This document shows, piece by piece, positions 32,347 to 41,722 of a stretch of DNA of 64,000 nucleotides; the stretch's first letter is position 1, and each line of letters starts with the position of its first letter. The notes under the pieces are model-generated. The model was not told where the DNA came from. It saw only the letters and a program-made list of their open reading frames with translations, and did not search any database. This DNA comes from Nitrospira sp. (GTDB lineage Bacteria > Nitrospirota > Nitrospiria > Nitrospirales > Nitrospiraceae): NCBI GenBank assembly GCA_047150005.1, contig AP038806.1:1472001-1536000 (forward strand), given 5' to 3'. The translations under genes were made by a program, and so were the position numbers.

Positions 32347-32995
32347 TCAGAGATTCTTTCTCGGCCGGACGACCTTATCCCCGCACGGCGTCCCGGTTCG
32401 TTACCGGAAGGTCATCATACTTCCGGCTCAGCGCATGGGGCATGCAGCGACTGCCAATGCGTTTGACCTGTCGAATGAACAGGGCCTCCGAGTGTCCGTC
32501 CTGACTCTGGGCAATGACAGAGTCGCCCGGTTTCCACTCGACGTCGGGATTCACAAAAAGCATTTCCCCTTCGCTGAATAGGGGCTCCATTGAGTCGTCT
32601 GAGACTTTCACGGCGACGGTGCGCGTCCCCGCCACGTCCGTCGCCTCGATCAAAGCCTCAGCGTGGATGACTCCAGGAAGGGTTTTGCTTGTGACGATCT
32701 GGTTCAGGTGCTGCCAGTGGAGCAGGGGAAACTTCCGGATTTGAGCCGCCGCGGAATGATGGGTGCGCCCCGGGAGTTCCACCGTTGTTCTTGCGTGTGT
32801 CGACTCTCCGGTGCGGAGGAAATCTACATCCATCCGAAAGTACCGCGCAAACTTTTCCCAGATGGCGGGGTCGCGAGGGAGCTTGTGAGCCAGAGTGTTC
32901 GCGATTGTCCGCACAGAAACCTCCACTGCAGAGGCCGGCTCCGCTTCGGTCAACCCTTCCCCGAGCTCCCGATGAACGAGGCCTTTCAAATTCAC
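32347..32995 (-). pseudogene. HTH + S24 peptidase (LexA/CI-like) repressor, apparently decayed
   Basis: N-terminal HTH, DSMEP.FSEGE.LFVNP; stop at 32375, with KVVRPRKNL continuing in a shifted frame. Confidence 0.65.
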
Positions 32996-33421
32996 GATAG
33001 AGTTCCTTCTTTCACCGCTGAGGACGACTTGAGTTGGCCGCTTTGTACTCCAGCCGAAACTCTGACGCGCAAGAATCAGACCGTAATCGAATCGTTGGGA
33101 TTTCATCGTTCATCTGACTCAACGAACACATTCAATCATTCGAAAACGCTCGCTCCCTGAAATATTGCAGTCAGCCTCTGCGGAGCGATCGATTCGATCG
33201 TCATCGTGTCAGCCCGCGCGATTTCGCTCAGTGCGCACGTAGTGGGAATGCGATGCGACCCGTCACTCCAACACTCGTCATGACGTTCCTCCTTCCGCGC
33301 GAGTCCCTGCCCGTCCGGACCGACAAAGAGATGGCATTCAGATGCTACAGCTCGATGCCGGAGGGTACCCCTGGTGATGCCTGGGTGGTACGGGCGTAGT
33401 GTATTGCCCGAGTATGAACGG

Positions 33422-33460
33422 ATGATGAAGCGGGTATGAAGAAGCGGGTATGAAGAAGCG
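33422..33460 (+). repeat. 14-bp tandem repeat (ATGAAGAAGCGGGT, about 2.8 copies)
   Basis: ATGATGAAGCGGGT ATGAAGAAGCGGGT ATGAAGAAGCG read directly. Confidence 0.85.
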
Positions 33461-33473
33461 CCAATCTTCAGCG

Positions 33474-33502
33474 TTGACAAAGACGTCTAGACGTCTTATT
33501 GT
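33474..33502 (+). promoter_or_regulatory. Sigma70 promoter of the MTase with an 18-bp perfect palindrome in the spacer
   Basis: TTGACA-17 nt-TATTGT; AAGACGTCTAGACGTCTT at 33480-33497 contains two GACGTC sites. Confidence 0.8.
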
Positions 33503-33521
33503 CCGCTGCGGGTACAAACCG

Positions 33522-34682
33522 ATGCTTCAGCAGAAAAAGAGACGCCCGGGAGAAGTCCGGGATGCAATTCTTTCAGTACTGCATGCCAGGCCAAGTGGTG
33601 CTCCTCTACAAGTGATTGAGCAACATGTAACCGATCTCATTGGAGATGGAGCAAGATCCAGCGTTCGATCTTACCTGAGGCTCAACACTCCTTCGATCTT
33701 TGTTCGGACAGGCAGAGGACAGTACGGTTTAAAGGTGGCCGCTAAAGCAAGAGCGGCTAGGGCCTCCGAAGCTCGGCCAGATTGTGTTCGGTATTGTTCT
33801 TTTGGGAAGGCAGAAATCTTCGAATCAGATTGTCTCGATTGGTTGCGTAGGCAGCGGCCGAATACTATCCACGCTGTCGTGACGGACCCTCCGTACGGAC
33901 TGTTCGAGTACACCTCGGAGCAGCAGGAGAAGTTACGAAGAGGCAAGGGAGGAGTATGGCGTATCCCTCCTTCATTTGACGGAGTTCGACGGGCGCCGCT
34001 TCCCAGGTTTACAGTGCTGTCGCTCCAAGATTTGCGGGCTTTAGAGCTATTCTTTCTTGAATGGGCAAAGGCGCTCCTTCCTGTTTTGGTTCCAGCGGCG
34101 AACGTCGTTGTAGCGACAAATCCCTTGCTTTCCTATCTGGTCTCGGGGGCCCTGGTAAAGGCGGGCCTAGAGAGACGCGGTGAGATCGTTCGACTGGTCA
34201 TGACCATGCGAGGTGGAGACAGACCGAAAGACGCTCACGCGGAGTTTCCGGACGTCAGCGTGATGCCGCGATCCATGTGGGAGCCGTGGCTACTCTTCCG
34301 CAAACCATTAGAGGGGCGAGTACAGGACAACTTGCGAAAGTGGGGAACTGGTGGATTTCGAAGGCCCTCATCGGACAAGCCATTTGGTGACGTGATTCCT
34401 TCCGCGCCAACTCATAAGTCCGAACGAGCGCTCGCACCACATCCCAGCTTGAAGCCACAGCAGTTCCTTCGCACGTTGGTTCGAGGTGTCCTCCCTCTCG
34501 GGCAGGGAGTCATACTCGACCCATTCTGTGGCGCGGCGTCAACGCTCGCTGCCGCTGAATCTGTGGGATATACGAGTATCGGGATTGAGAAGGATCCGCA
34601 TTATTTTGAGATGGCGAAGAAAGCCCTACCGGGATTGGTCGCATTCAAGAAGAAGGGGGCTAGTCAGCTATCGAGCTTATAG
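33522..34682 (+). CDS. Beta-class amino-DNA methyltransferase (likely N6-adenine) with an N-terminal HTH-like domain
   Basis: VTDPPY, HPSLKP, DPFCGAAST; about 90-aa N-terminal extension; start placed downstream of the promoter. Confidence 0.85.
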   Translation: MLQQKKRRPGEVRDAILSVLHARPSGAPLQVIEQHVTDLIGDGARSSVRSYLRLNTPSIFVRTGRGQYGLKVAAKARAARASEARPDCVRYCSFGKAEIFESDCLDWLRRQRPNTIHAVVTDPPYGLFEYTSEQQEKLRRGKGGVWRIPPSFDGVRRAPLPRFTVLSLQDLRALELFFLEWAKALLPVLVPAANVVVATNPLLSYLVSGALVKAGLERRGEIVRLVMTMRGGDRPKDAHAEFPDVSVMPRSMWEPWLLFRKPLEGRVQDNLRKWGTGGFRRPSSDKPFGDVIPSAPTHKSERALAPHPSLKPQQFLRTLVRGVLPLGQGVILDPFCGAASTLAAAESVGYTSIGIEKDPHYFEMAKKALPGLVAFKKKGASQLSSL

Positions 34683-34984
34683 ACCCAATTCGTTCTCAAC
34701 TTCTCGATTCCTTCCTTATGCAGGGTTGCGGTACGAGTGCCTAGCTCGCCTCGCTGATTCTTTCGAAAGTCGGTTGATCCCGTGCGCCGTGTGTGTCTGA
34801 TGGCGGGTCTGAGCATGTCATCAAGTCGTTGCAGTCCACGTTCAGTAAGTCCCAGATTCACATCATAGAAAAAGTCGTAGACATCCTGCATAGCCATCTC
34901 AAAATCCTTAAGGCGAAGTTGGAAAGGCAGCGTCACTTCTGGATTGAAATGATGGGGTGAGACAGTATTGCGTGTGATAGGCAT
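34664..34984 (-). pseudogene. Internally deleted putative type II restriction endonuclease
   Basis: Convergent with and overlapping the MTase; only 106 aa with no PD-(D/E)xK core; out-of-frame DTHGARDQ fragment at the junction. Confidence 0.55.
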
Positions 34985-35099
34985 TCAAGGGCCGATGGGA
35001 GTTGAGCGCGGAGAGTCTAGATTTCCAGAGGTTCCATGTCAAATAGCTATTGCCAATCAATAACTTAATGTTTGGCTTGTCTTCGGCTGCAGAGAACCC

Positions 35100-35130
35100 T
35101 TGACTTAGTTCTAACTAGAACTATTATACT
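35100..35130 (+). promoter_or_regulatory. Promoter with a perfect 8-2-8 inverted-repeat operator upstream of the doxX-pirin operon
   Basis: TTGACT (35100-35105), TAGTTCTA-AC-TAGAACTA (35106-35123), TATTATACT. Confidence 0.75.
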
Positions 35131-35217
35131 GGGGTCAGGGCAGGAGGAGAGGAATCGGTGATCCGGGAGAGCGTCTGCTCGCTCGATTGCCACAACATCG
35201 ACTCAGGGAGGTGTACG

Positions 35218-35661
35218 ATGCAGGCGCTCTTTCGGACAGACGACAATTGGACCGGATTGATTCTCCGGCTGACATTGGGGTTGGTCATGTTCCCCCATGG
35301 CGCGCAGAAGCTGCTCGGCTGGTACGGTGGGTACGGATTCTCCGGGACGATGGGGTTTTTTACGGAGACGATGCACTTGCCCTGGATCATCGGTTTCCTC
35401 GTCATCATCGGAGAATTCTTCGGCAGCCTCGGATTGCTGGCAGGTCTCCTCACCCGCTTTACAGCCGCGAGCCTGAGCGTCATCATGCTGGGAGCGATCG
35501 TGACGAGCCATTTGCCTCACGGATTCTTCATGAACTGGTTCGGGCAGCAACAGGGTGAAGGCTTCGAGTATCATCTATTGGCAATCGGTATCGGTCTTGC
35601 GCTGTTGGTGACCGGAGGAGGCCGCTGGTCTCTAGATCGGGCCATTGCCGACCGGGTGTGA
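35218..35661 (+). CDS. DoxX family membrane protein (CatD/MhqP-like)
   Basis: LRLTLGLVMFPHGAQKL, GEGFEYHLL. Confidence 0.9.
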   Translation: MQALFRTDDNWTGLILRLTLGLVMFPHGAQKLLGWYGGYGFSGTMGFFTETMHLPWIIGFLVIIGEFFGSLGLLAGLLTRFTAASLSVIMLGAIVTSHLPHGFFMNWFGQQQGEGFEYHLLAIGIGLALLVTGGGRWSLDRAIADRV

Positions 35662-35698
35662 GATGAAGGCGCAGGCCGTCGCGCATGAAGGGAGGAGC

Positions 35699-36448
35699 AT
35701 GATGGAAACACACATAACCGTGACTCCGTCCGTCGACATTCGACGGGCCGCTGACCGGTTCCATACCCGGATCAGTTGGCTCGATTCGTGGCATAGCTTC
35801 AGCTTCTCCAATCACTACGACCCGGCCAACATCCATCATGGATTGCTGTTGGTGAGCAACGACGACAGGGTCTTGGCCGGGACCGGCTTTCGCACGCATC
35901 CCCACCAGAATATGGAGATTGTCACATGGGTGCTGGACGGCGAGCTCGAGCACAAGGATTCGGAAGGTCACAAGGGCATCATCTATCCAGGTTTGGCTCA
36001 GCGGATGAGCGCCGGTTCGGGTATCTGGCATTCGGAGATGAACCCACAGAACGAAAAGGATGTGCATTTCATTCAGATGTGGGTGGTCCCCGACACGGAA
36101 GGCATTGCTCCAGGCTATGAGCAGCTGGATATCAACGCGCAGCTGGCCAAGGGAGGTCTCGTTCCCATCGCCTCTGGGCGCGGTCATGATGCCGCGATCA
36201 GGATACACCAGAACCAGGCCGTGCTTTGGGGCGGACGCCTGAAGTCGGGCGAGATCGTGACGGTGCCGGACAGCCGCTACGTTCATGTCTATGTGGCCAA
36301 AGGGGCTGCGCAACTGGAAGATGCGGGACTGTTGCGCACAGGGGACGCAGTCAGGCTGACGGCGGCCGGAGCCCGCAAGCTGACGGCCGACGACACGATT
36401 GGAGCCGAAGTGCTCATTTGGGAGACTGAAGGAACGGCAAATCTCTGA
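35699..36448 (+). CDS. Pirin family protein (YhhW-like)
   Basis: HSFSF, HPHQNMEI, MSAGSGIWHSE. Confidence 0.92.
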   Translation: MMETHITVTPSVDIRRAADRFHTRISWLDSWHSFSFSNHYDPANIHHGLLLVSNDDRVLAGTGFRTHPHQNMEIVTWVLDGELEHKDSEGHKGIIYPGLAQRMSAGSGIWHSEMNPQNEKDVHFIQMWVVPDTEGIAPGYEQLDINAQLAKGGLVPIASGRGHDAAIRIHQNQAVLWGGRLKSGEIVTVPDSRYVHVYVAKGAAQLEDAGLLRTGDAVRLTAAGARKLTADDTIGAEVLIWETEGTANL

Positions 36449-36475
36449 GGCCGCTCAGGCCAGATCGAGGAGGCG

Positions 36476-36940
36476 ATGATGAAGGCGGATATTGCGAAGG
36501 TAAAGCAGTTGGCCAAGGATCTCCGGAAAGGCTACCCGAGGAGCCCCCGGGAAAAGCTGGGAGGGTATGTGATCGCGGCTCGCTGCGCGGATAAGTGCCG
36601 GGCATTTCTGTTGGACATGAACGGCGAATACAACTACTGGCCCTGCTCGCTGGCTTCCCAATGGTTTTCGTTTACCAGGATCACGCCCGAGCAGTTCAAG
36701 GAGGTCGTCGCGACGGGAGCGACGGACGATGAACTCGCGAGGTGGATCGAGGGTGCGTCCACGGTCAAGGACCCTGATGCGGTGCTGAAGTGGAACAATA
36801 CGATGCGGGACATGAAACTCAGCGAGATGAGTCTCCAGGCTCAGCAGTATTTGGAGGACTACATCCCGCAGTTCGTGCCGCCGCATCGTCCGGTCTACGT
36901 ATGGTTCGACGTGTATGATCTGGAGGAACGGCGGTTCTAA
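36476..36940 (+). CDS. DUF5069-like protein
   Basis: DLRKGYPRSPREKLGGYV.AAR..DKCRA...FD..DLEE. Confidence 0.75.
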   Translation: MMKADIAKVKQLAKDLRKGYPRSPREKLGGYVIAARCADKCRAFLLDMNGEYNYWPCSLASQWFSFTRITPEQFKEVVATGATDDELARWIEGASTVKDPDAVLKWNNTMRDMKLSEMSLQAQQYLEDYIPQFVPPHRPVYVWFDVYDLEERRF

Positions 36941-36986
36941 TAGCAGCGTGCGCATTTCCCGAGTAGAACAGAGAAAGGAGTCCACG

Positions 36987-37883
36987 ATGAACAAGCCAGT
37001 TACGATCGCGGCGGCTCCGGCAAAGGAACTCGTCGGGGTCTATCACGCAGGGTCCCAGCATATGGTCGGCGACGGGTTTCCGGTACGCAACATGATTCCG
37101 GGCGCCGGAGTGGACGAGCAATTGTCGCCGTTCCTGCTTCTGGACTACATGGGGCCGGAGTATTTCCCGCCGACCGACCAGCGGCTCGGCGTGGGTGAAC
37201 ATCCTCACCGGGGATTTGAGACCGTGACGATCATGTATCAGGGCAAGGTCGCCCATCGCGACTCGACCGGAAGCGGGGGTGTGATCGGCCCTGGCGATGT
37301 GCAGTGGATGACCGCCGCGTCCGGCATCGTGCACGAAGAGCTGCACGAGGAGGAATTCGCCAAGCGCGGAGGCACGCTGGAGGGCATCCAGCTGTGGGTC
37401 AATCTGCCGAAATCGTCCAAGATGTCGAAACCCGGATATCAAACTCTGGTGAACGAGGAGATTCCGACGGTCGATCTCGGGCAGGGTGCCGGGCGCTTGC
37501 GCGTCATCGCGGGCGAGTTCCGCGGACAAAAAGGTCCGGCCCAGACCTTCAGTCCGGTACATCTCTACGATCTGCGACTGAACGGGGGACACTCGATTGA
37601 CCTGTCGCTGCCCGAAGGGTTCAACACGTCGGTGTTCCTGCTGCATGGACGGGTCGTGATCAACGGTACGCAATCGGCGGGTGAAGCCGAACTGGCTCTC
37701 TTCGGTCGTTCAGGCGAGAGAATCACGCTGGAAGCCAAAGAGGACTCGGTCATGCTCGTCCTCGGCGGAGAGCCGATCGACGAACCGATCGCGCGCTACG
37801 GTCCGTTCGTCATGAATACCCAGGCGGAGCTCGTGCAGGCCGTGAACGACTATCGCGCCGGGAGAATGGGACATTTGTCGTGA
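36987..37883 (+). CDS. Pirin family protein
   Basis: SPFLLLDY, HPHRGFETVT, WMTAASGIVHEE, GPFVMN. Confidence 0.93.
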   Translation: MNKPVTIAAAPAKELVGVYHAGSQHMVGDGFPVRNMIPGAGVDEQLSPFLLLDYMGPEYFPPTDQRLGVGEHPHRGFETVTIMYQGKVAHRDSTGSGGVIGPGDVQWMTAASGIVHEELHEEEFAKRGGTLEGIQLWVNLPKSSKMSKPGYQTLVNEEIPTVDLGQGAGRLRVIAGEFRGQKGPAQTFSPVHLYDLRLNGGHSIDLSLPEGFNTSVFLLHGRVVINGTQSAGEAELALFGRSGERITLEAKEDSVMLVLGGEPIDEPIARYGPFVMNTQAELVQAVNDYRAGRMGHLS

Positions 37884-38560
37884 ACGATCACGCTCTGACC
37901 ATCGAAGTCTACTCCGACGTCGTCTGTCCCTGGTGCTACGTGGGGAAGCGTCGGCTGGAACGGGCGCTGGTTCAATTGCAGGGTTCCGTGAAGGGCCGGA
38001 TCGCATGGCGCCCGTTCCAGTTGAATCCGACGATGCCGAAGGAAGGGATGGAGCGAACGGCCTACCTGGAAGCCAAGTTCGGCAGCATGGATGCCTTCAG
38101 GCGATTGGAGGAACATGTGTCGGAAGCGGGACGCGCGGATCGCATTGCCTTCGCCTTCGAGAAGATCGGCAGGACGCCGAACACGTTTTTAGCCCATCGA
38201 TTGATCTGGCATGCTGCGAAACAAGATTGCCAGGACGCGGTGGTTGATTCGCTGTTCAAGGGTTATTTCGAGGAAGGAGCGGATATCGGATCAAGTGCGA
38301 CGCTCGTGCGATTGGCGCAGCGTGCCGGACTTGACGGAATCGAGGTGGAACGCTTCCTCCGGACGGACGAGGGAACGGCGGAGGTCAAGGTGGAAGAGGC
38401 GGCCGGCCATCGACTCGGGATTCGCAGCGTCCCCTCCTTCGTGTTGAACCAAACATACGGGATATCGGGCGCGCAGCCGGTCGAACAGTTTGTCGCGGCG
38501 ATCGAAAAGGTTCTGGCGCAACCGGCGACAATCAGTGCGGGTACGGCAGGCAAGAGGTGA
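37880..38560 (+). CDS. DsbA-family oxidoreductase (FrnE-like)
   Basis: SDVVCPWCYVG, PFQLNP, SVPSF, SGAQ. Confidence 0.92.
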   Translation: MNDHALTIEVYSDVVCPWCYVGKRRLERALVQLQGSVKGRIAWRPFQLNPTMPKEGMERTAYLEAKFGSMDAFRRLEEHVSEAGRADRIAFAFEKIGRTPNTFLAHRLIWHAAKQDCQDAVVDSLFKGYFEEGADIGSSATLVRLAQRAGLDGIEVERFLRTDEGTAEVKVEEAAGHRLGIRSVPSFVLNQTYGISGAQPVEQFVAAIEKVLAQPATISAGTAGKR

Positions 38561-38563
38561 ACC

Positions 38564-38977
38564 ATGGCGGTGCAGGTCTACGGGTGCAATCATGTGGTCA
38601 TCGAAGTCACGGATGCCAAGAAGGCCGTGAAGTTCTATTCCGACGTGTTCGGATTAAAGATGTTGCGCGGTGGAGAAGGTGCAGCCTGGTGCAAGCTCGG
38701 CGAGCACCAGTTCATGGCGATCTTCGAAGTTGAAACGCTGCAGCCGGATCGCGTGAAGCATTTCGGCTTAATGGTCCGTGACGCAGAGCAGATCCGAGAG
38801 GTTCGCCGCAAACTGACGAAGAAGTACAAGCTGAAACTCCACCCGAACTTTCGCTGCGACTTCAGGGACCCATGGGGCAATCGCATTCAAGTTGGCGACC
38901 TGAGCGACGAGTCTCTCGTGTGGCTCCTCTCCTATCAGGAGGTGCAGAAGGCCGGCGTGAGATTCGGCAAGTCGTGA
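38564..38977 (+). CDS. VOC/glyoxalase family protein
   Basis: NHVVIEV.D...FY.DVFGL, HFGL, DPWGNRIQ. Confidence 0.85.
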   Translation: MAVQVYGCNHVVIEVTDAKKAVKFYSDVFGLKMLRGGEGAAWCKLGEHQFMAIFEVETLQPDRVKHFGLMVRDAEQIREVRRKLTKKYKLKLHPNFRCDFRDPWGNRIQVGDLSDESLVWLLSYQEVQKAGVRFGKS

Positions 38978-38999
38978 CAAGAGGAGGTTCGATACCCGC

Positions 39000-39713
39000 A
39001 TGTCGACAGCATTGAACGGGAAAGTCGTGGTGATCGCCGGGGGATCGGGCGCCCTGGGCCAGACCATCACCCCGGCTTTCGCGCGATCGGGCGCGCGGGT
39101 CATTTCGGCGGACCGTAATCCGCCGCCGGGGCAGGTGACCGAAGGAAAGGCGATGAAGGCCGACGTCACCGACGAAACAGACGTCCGGAGCCTGGTGGAC
39201 GACGTGGTCAGAACCGCCGGCCGCCTCGATGTGTTGGTCAATCTGGTCGGCGGCTTTGCGGCGGGACGCATCGCGGATACCGAAGTATCTCTCTGGCACC
39301 GCATGTTGAGTGTGAATCTCACGCCGGCGTTCCTGCTCTCAAAAGCCGTGCTCCCACATATGATGGATCGCGGGAGCGGCCGCATTCTGCACGTGGCGGC
39401 CTGGGCGGCCGTTGAGCCGTTCCCCGGAGCCGGAGCCTATATCGTGGCCAAGTCCGGGCTGCTCGCGCTGATCAGAGTATTGGCGCTTGAACTGAAGGGC
39501 TCGGGGATCACCGTCAACGGAGTGCTGCCTACCACCATCGATACCCCGGCCAACCGGGCCAACATGCCCGAGGCTGATCCTTCGGCTTGGGCGAAGCCGG
39601 AATCCATCGCCGAGACGCTGCTCTTTCTGGCTTCTGACGAAGCCGGCCAGATCGGCGGAGCGGTCATTCCGGTCGGTACCGCGCGGGGCGGACCATCTGC
39701 GCACAAGGCGTAG
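39000..39713 (+). CDS. Short-chain dehydrogenase/reductase
   Basis: AGGSGALG, YxxxK (YIVAK), IDTPANR. Confidence 0.9.
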   Translation: MSTALNGKVVVIAGGSGALGQTITPAFARSGARVISADRNPPPGQVTEGKAMKADVTDETDVRSLVDDVVRTAGRLDVLVNLVGGFAAGRIADTEVSLWHRMLSVNLTPAFLLSKAVLPHMMDRGSGRILHVAAWAAVEPFPGAGAYIVAKSGLLALIRVLALELKGSGITVNGVLPTTIDTPANRANMPEADPSAWAKPESIAETLLFLASDEAGQIGGAVIPVGTARGGPSAHKA

Positions 39714-39730
39714 GCCAAGGAGACACGTTC

Positions 39731-40153
39731 ATGTCACACGAGCGTCGTACGAACAGTCCAGTCGCCGAGCTGTCTCGATCGCTGCTTCGACTGCATAAGG
39801 CCTTACTGGATGATGAACGGCGGGCCTACGAGCGCGTGCACGGCCGGATCGCCTCCAACGGCGCGTTCCTGCAGCTCGTGCTGGGGGATCCCTGGTTCGC
39901 CTGGCTCAGGCCTCTGTCGCAACTGATGGTCACACTCGACGAACTCGACGAGAGTGCGGAACCGACGGCACCCGCGGAAATCACCGCGCTGCTCGCGTCG
40001 GCGCGGACGTTGCTGACGCCGTCGGAGGAGGGAGAAGGATTCGCCCGACAGTATTACGAGGCGTTGCAGCGGAGCCCTGATGTGGGATTGGCGCACGCCG
40101 AGGTCCGAGCGCGGCTCGCGCAGTCGGCGTCGGGAAAGGAGTCCATCAGATGA
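39731..40153 (+). CDS. Conserved hypothetical protein
   Basis: AAGGAG RBS; in operon; LLRLHKALLD...DPWFAWLRPLS. Confidence 0.75.
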   Translation: MSHERRTNSPVAELSRSLLRLHKALLDDERRAYERVHGRIASNGAFLQLVLGDPWFAWLRPLSQLMVTLDELDESAEPTAPAEITALLASARTLLTPSEEGEGFARQYYEALQRSPDVGLAHAEVRARLAQSASGKESIR

Positions 40154-40596
40154 AAGCCCATTACCTTGGTCACGTCGTGTTCTATGTGAAGGATCTGCAA
40201 CAGTCGTTAAAGTTCTATCGGGATCTTCTGGGATTCAAAGAAGTGGGACAAATCTTCAACGGCGCGGCCGTCGCCCTCACTTCGGGCCGCACGCATCACG
40301 AGCTGTTATTGATTCAAGTCGGCGATGCGCCGGGGCCTCCCCCGGGAAGACGTCGCGGGCTCTATCATATCGGCATCAAGATCGGCGACAGCCTTGACGA
40401 ACTCCGGGCGGCGAAAAAGGAGCTCGAAGGAGCCGGCGTTGCCATCGACGGGATGAGCGATCATACCGTGAGCCAGAGTCTCTATCTCCGCGATCCCGAC
40501 GGCAACGAGGTGGAGCTGTACGTGGATGCCGACGAGTCTCTTTGGAAGAACGACCCGGCGGCGGTCGTCTCGCCTATCAAGCCGCTGCGTTTATAA
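40150..40596 (+). CDS. VOC family protein (ring-cleaving dioxygenase-like)
   Basis: LGHVV, HHELLL, GLYHIG, SLYLRDPDGNEVELY. Confidence 0.9.
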   Translation: MKAHYLGHVVFYVKDLQQSLKFYRDLLGFKEVGQIFNGAAVALTSGRTHHELLLIQVGDAPGPPPGRRRGLYHIGIKIGDSLDELRAAKKELEGAGVAIDGMSDHTVSQSLYLRDPDGNEVELYVDADESLWKNDPAAVVSPIKPLRL

Positions 40597-40619
40597 CCTA
40601 ACCACAGGAGGACTGTTTT

Positions 40620-40856
40620 ATGGAAAAACCAGTGATTGCAGCCAAAGAGCCGGCGGTGCTTACCTTGGAACCCGGCACCTACTACTGGTGTCAATGCGGG
40701 CGGTCGAAGAGCCAGCCCTTCTGCGACGGCTCGCATACCGGGACCGGGTTCGCGCCGCTTGAATTCACGATGATCGAGAAGAAGCAAGTCGCCTTGTGCC
40801 AGTGCAAACAAACGAAGACCAAACCGTTCTGCGACGGCACGCACAGGACGCTCTGA
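40620..40856 (+). CDS. CDGSH iron-sulfur domain protein (two motifs)
   Basis: CQCGRSKSQPFCDGSH and CQCKQTKTKPFCDGTH. Confidence 0.93.
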   Translation: MEKPVIAAKEPAVLTLEPGTYYWCQCGRSKSQPFCDGSHTGTGFAPLEFTMIEKKQVALCQCKQTKTKPFCDGTHRTL

Positions 40857-40877
40857 AGTCCAGGAAAGGAGTTTCAG

Positions 40878-41371
40878 ATGAGGATTGCAGTGATCGGGGC
40901 GACAGGTTTCGTCGGCTCGGCTATCGTGAAGGATCTTTGGATCGCGGCCATGAGGTGTCGGCCATTGTCCGGCATCCCGAGAAACTGAAGCCGCATCCCA
41001 AGCTCCGTCCTTGCCAAGGAGATGTCTACGACGAGGATGACTTGGCCCGTCCGGTCTCCGGGCAAGACGCCGTCATCAGCGCCTTCAATCCAGGTTGGAC
41101 GAATCCGGACATCTACAATCAACAGGTCAGGGGCACGAAGGCCATTATCAACGGTGTGAAAAAGGTCGGCGTTGCCCGACCGCCTTTCCTCTCTCCCTCG
41201 GCTGACCTGGTGCCGGGGACGCGCACCGGCACGTTCCGTCTCGGAACGGACCAGCTGTTGCGCGATGCGAACGGCGCAAGCCGCATCTCGGTCGAGGATT
41301 ACGCCGTGGCGATGGTCGACGAGCTGGAACGGCCTGCTCATATCCGCAAACGCTTTACCGTGGGCTATTAG
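40878..41371 (+). pseudogene. NAD(P)-dependent oxidoreductase (NAD(P)H-binding/flavin reductase-like), frameshifted and internally deleted
   Basis: MRIAVIGATGFVGSAIV starts at 40878; LDRGHEV...RFTVGY continues in another frame; middle segment appears missing. Confidence 0.8.
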
Positions 41372-41722
41372 AGCACGGCCGACGTTTTCCCAGTCTCTTG
41401 GATAGTTTCTCCGTTCAACGTCCCATACGCATCACTCCTGTTCAGTAATCTTCTAAGGTCCTGATTGTCATCGTGGCGTGCGCCCTGCTACATCTGCTAC
41501 AGATTGGCCTATGCGCGGAGTGGCTCATGGCAAGTTGTGCGCTCGACCGACGTAAATTCCGGAGAATGGTCGCAAGGTGTTGCTGGCCGGCGTGCCAGTC
41601 TTTACGATTGCCGAGTTGGAGAAAGTCGTGACCCGCGACCTCAAAGGGGCCGACGCCGTGAGTCCATCGGTTGAACCGGCGTATCTTTCGGATTCATTGG
41701 TCACAAAAGAGGAGCATCACGC

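Noticed and set aside
32347..33420. Prophage suggested by the CI-like repressor
   Set aside because: No integrase, replication, structural or lysis genes anywhere in the window.
33450..33521. ORF-track start of the second MTase at 33450
   Set aside because: That ATG comes from the tandem repeat and lies upstream of the promoter; 33522 is more plausible.
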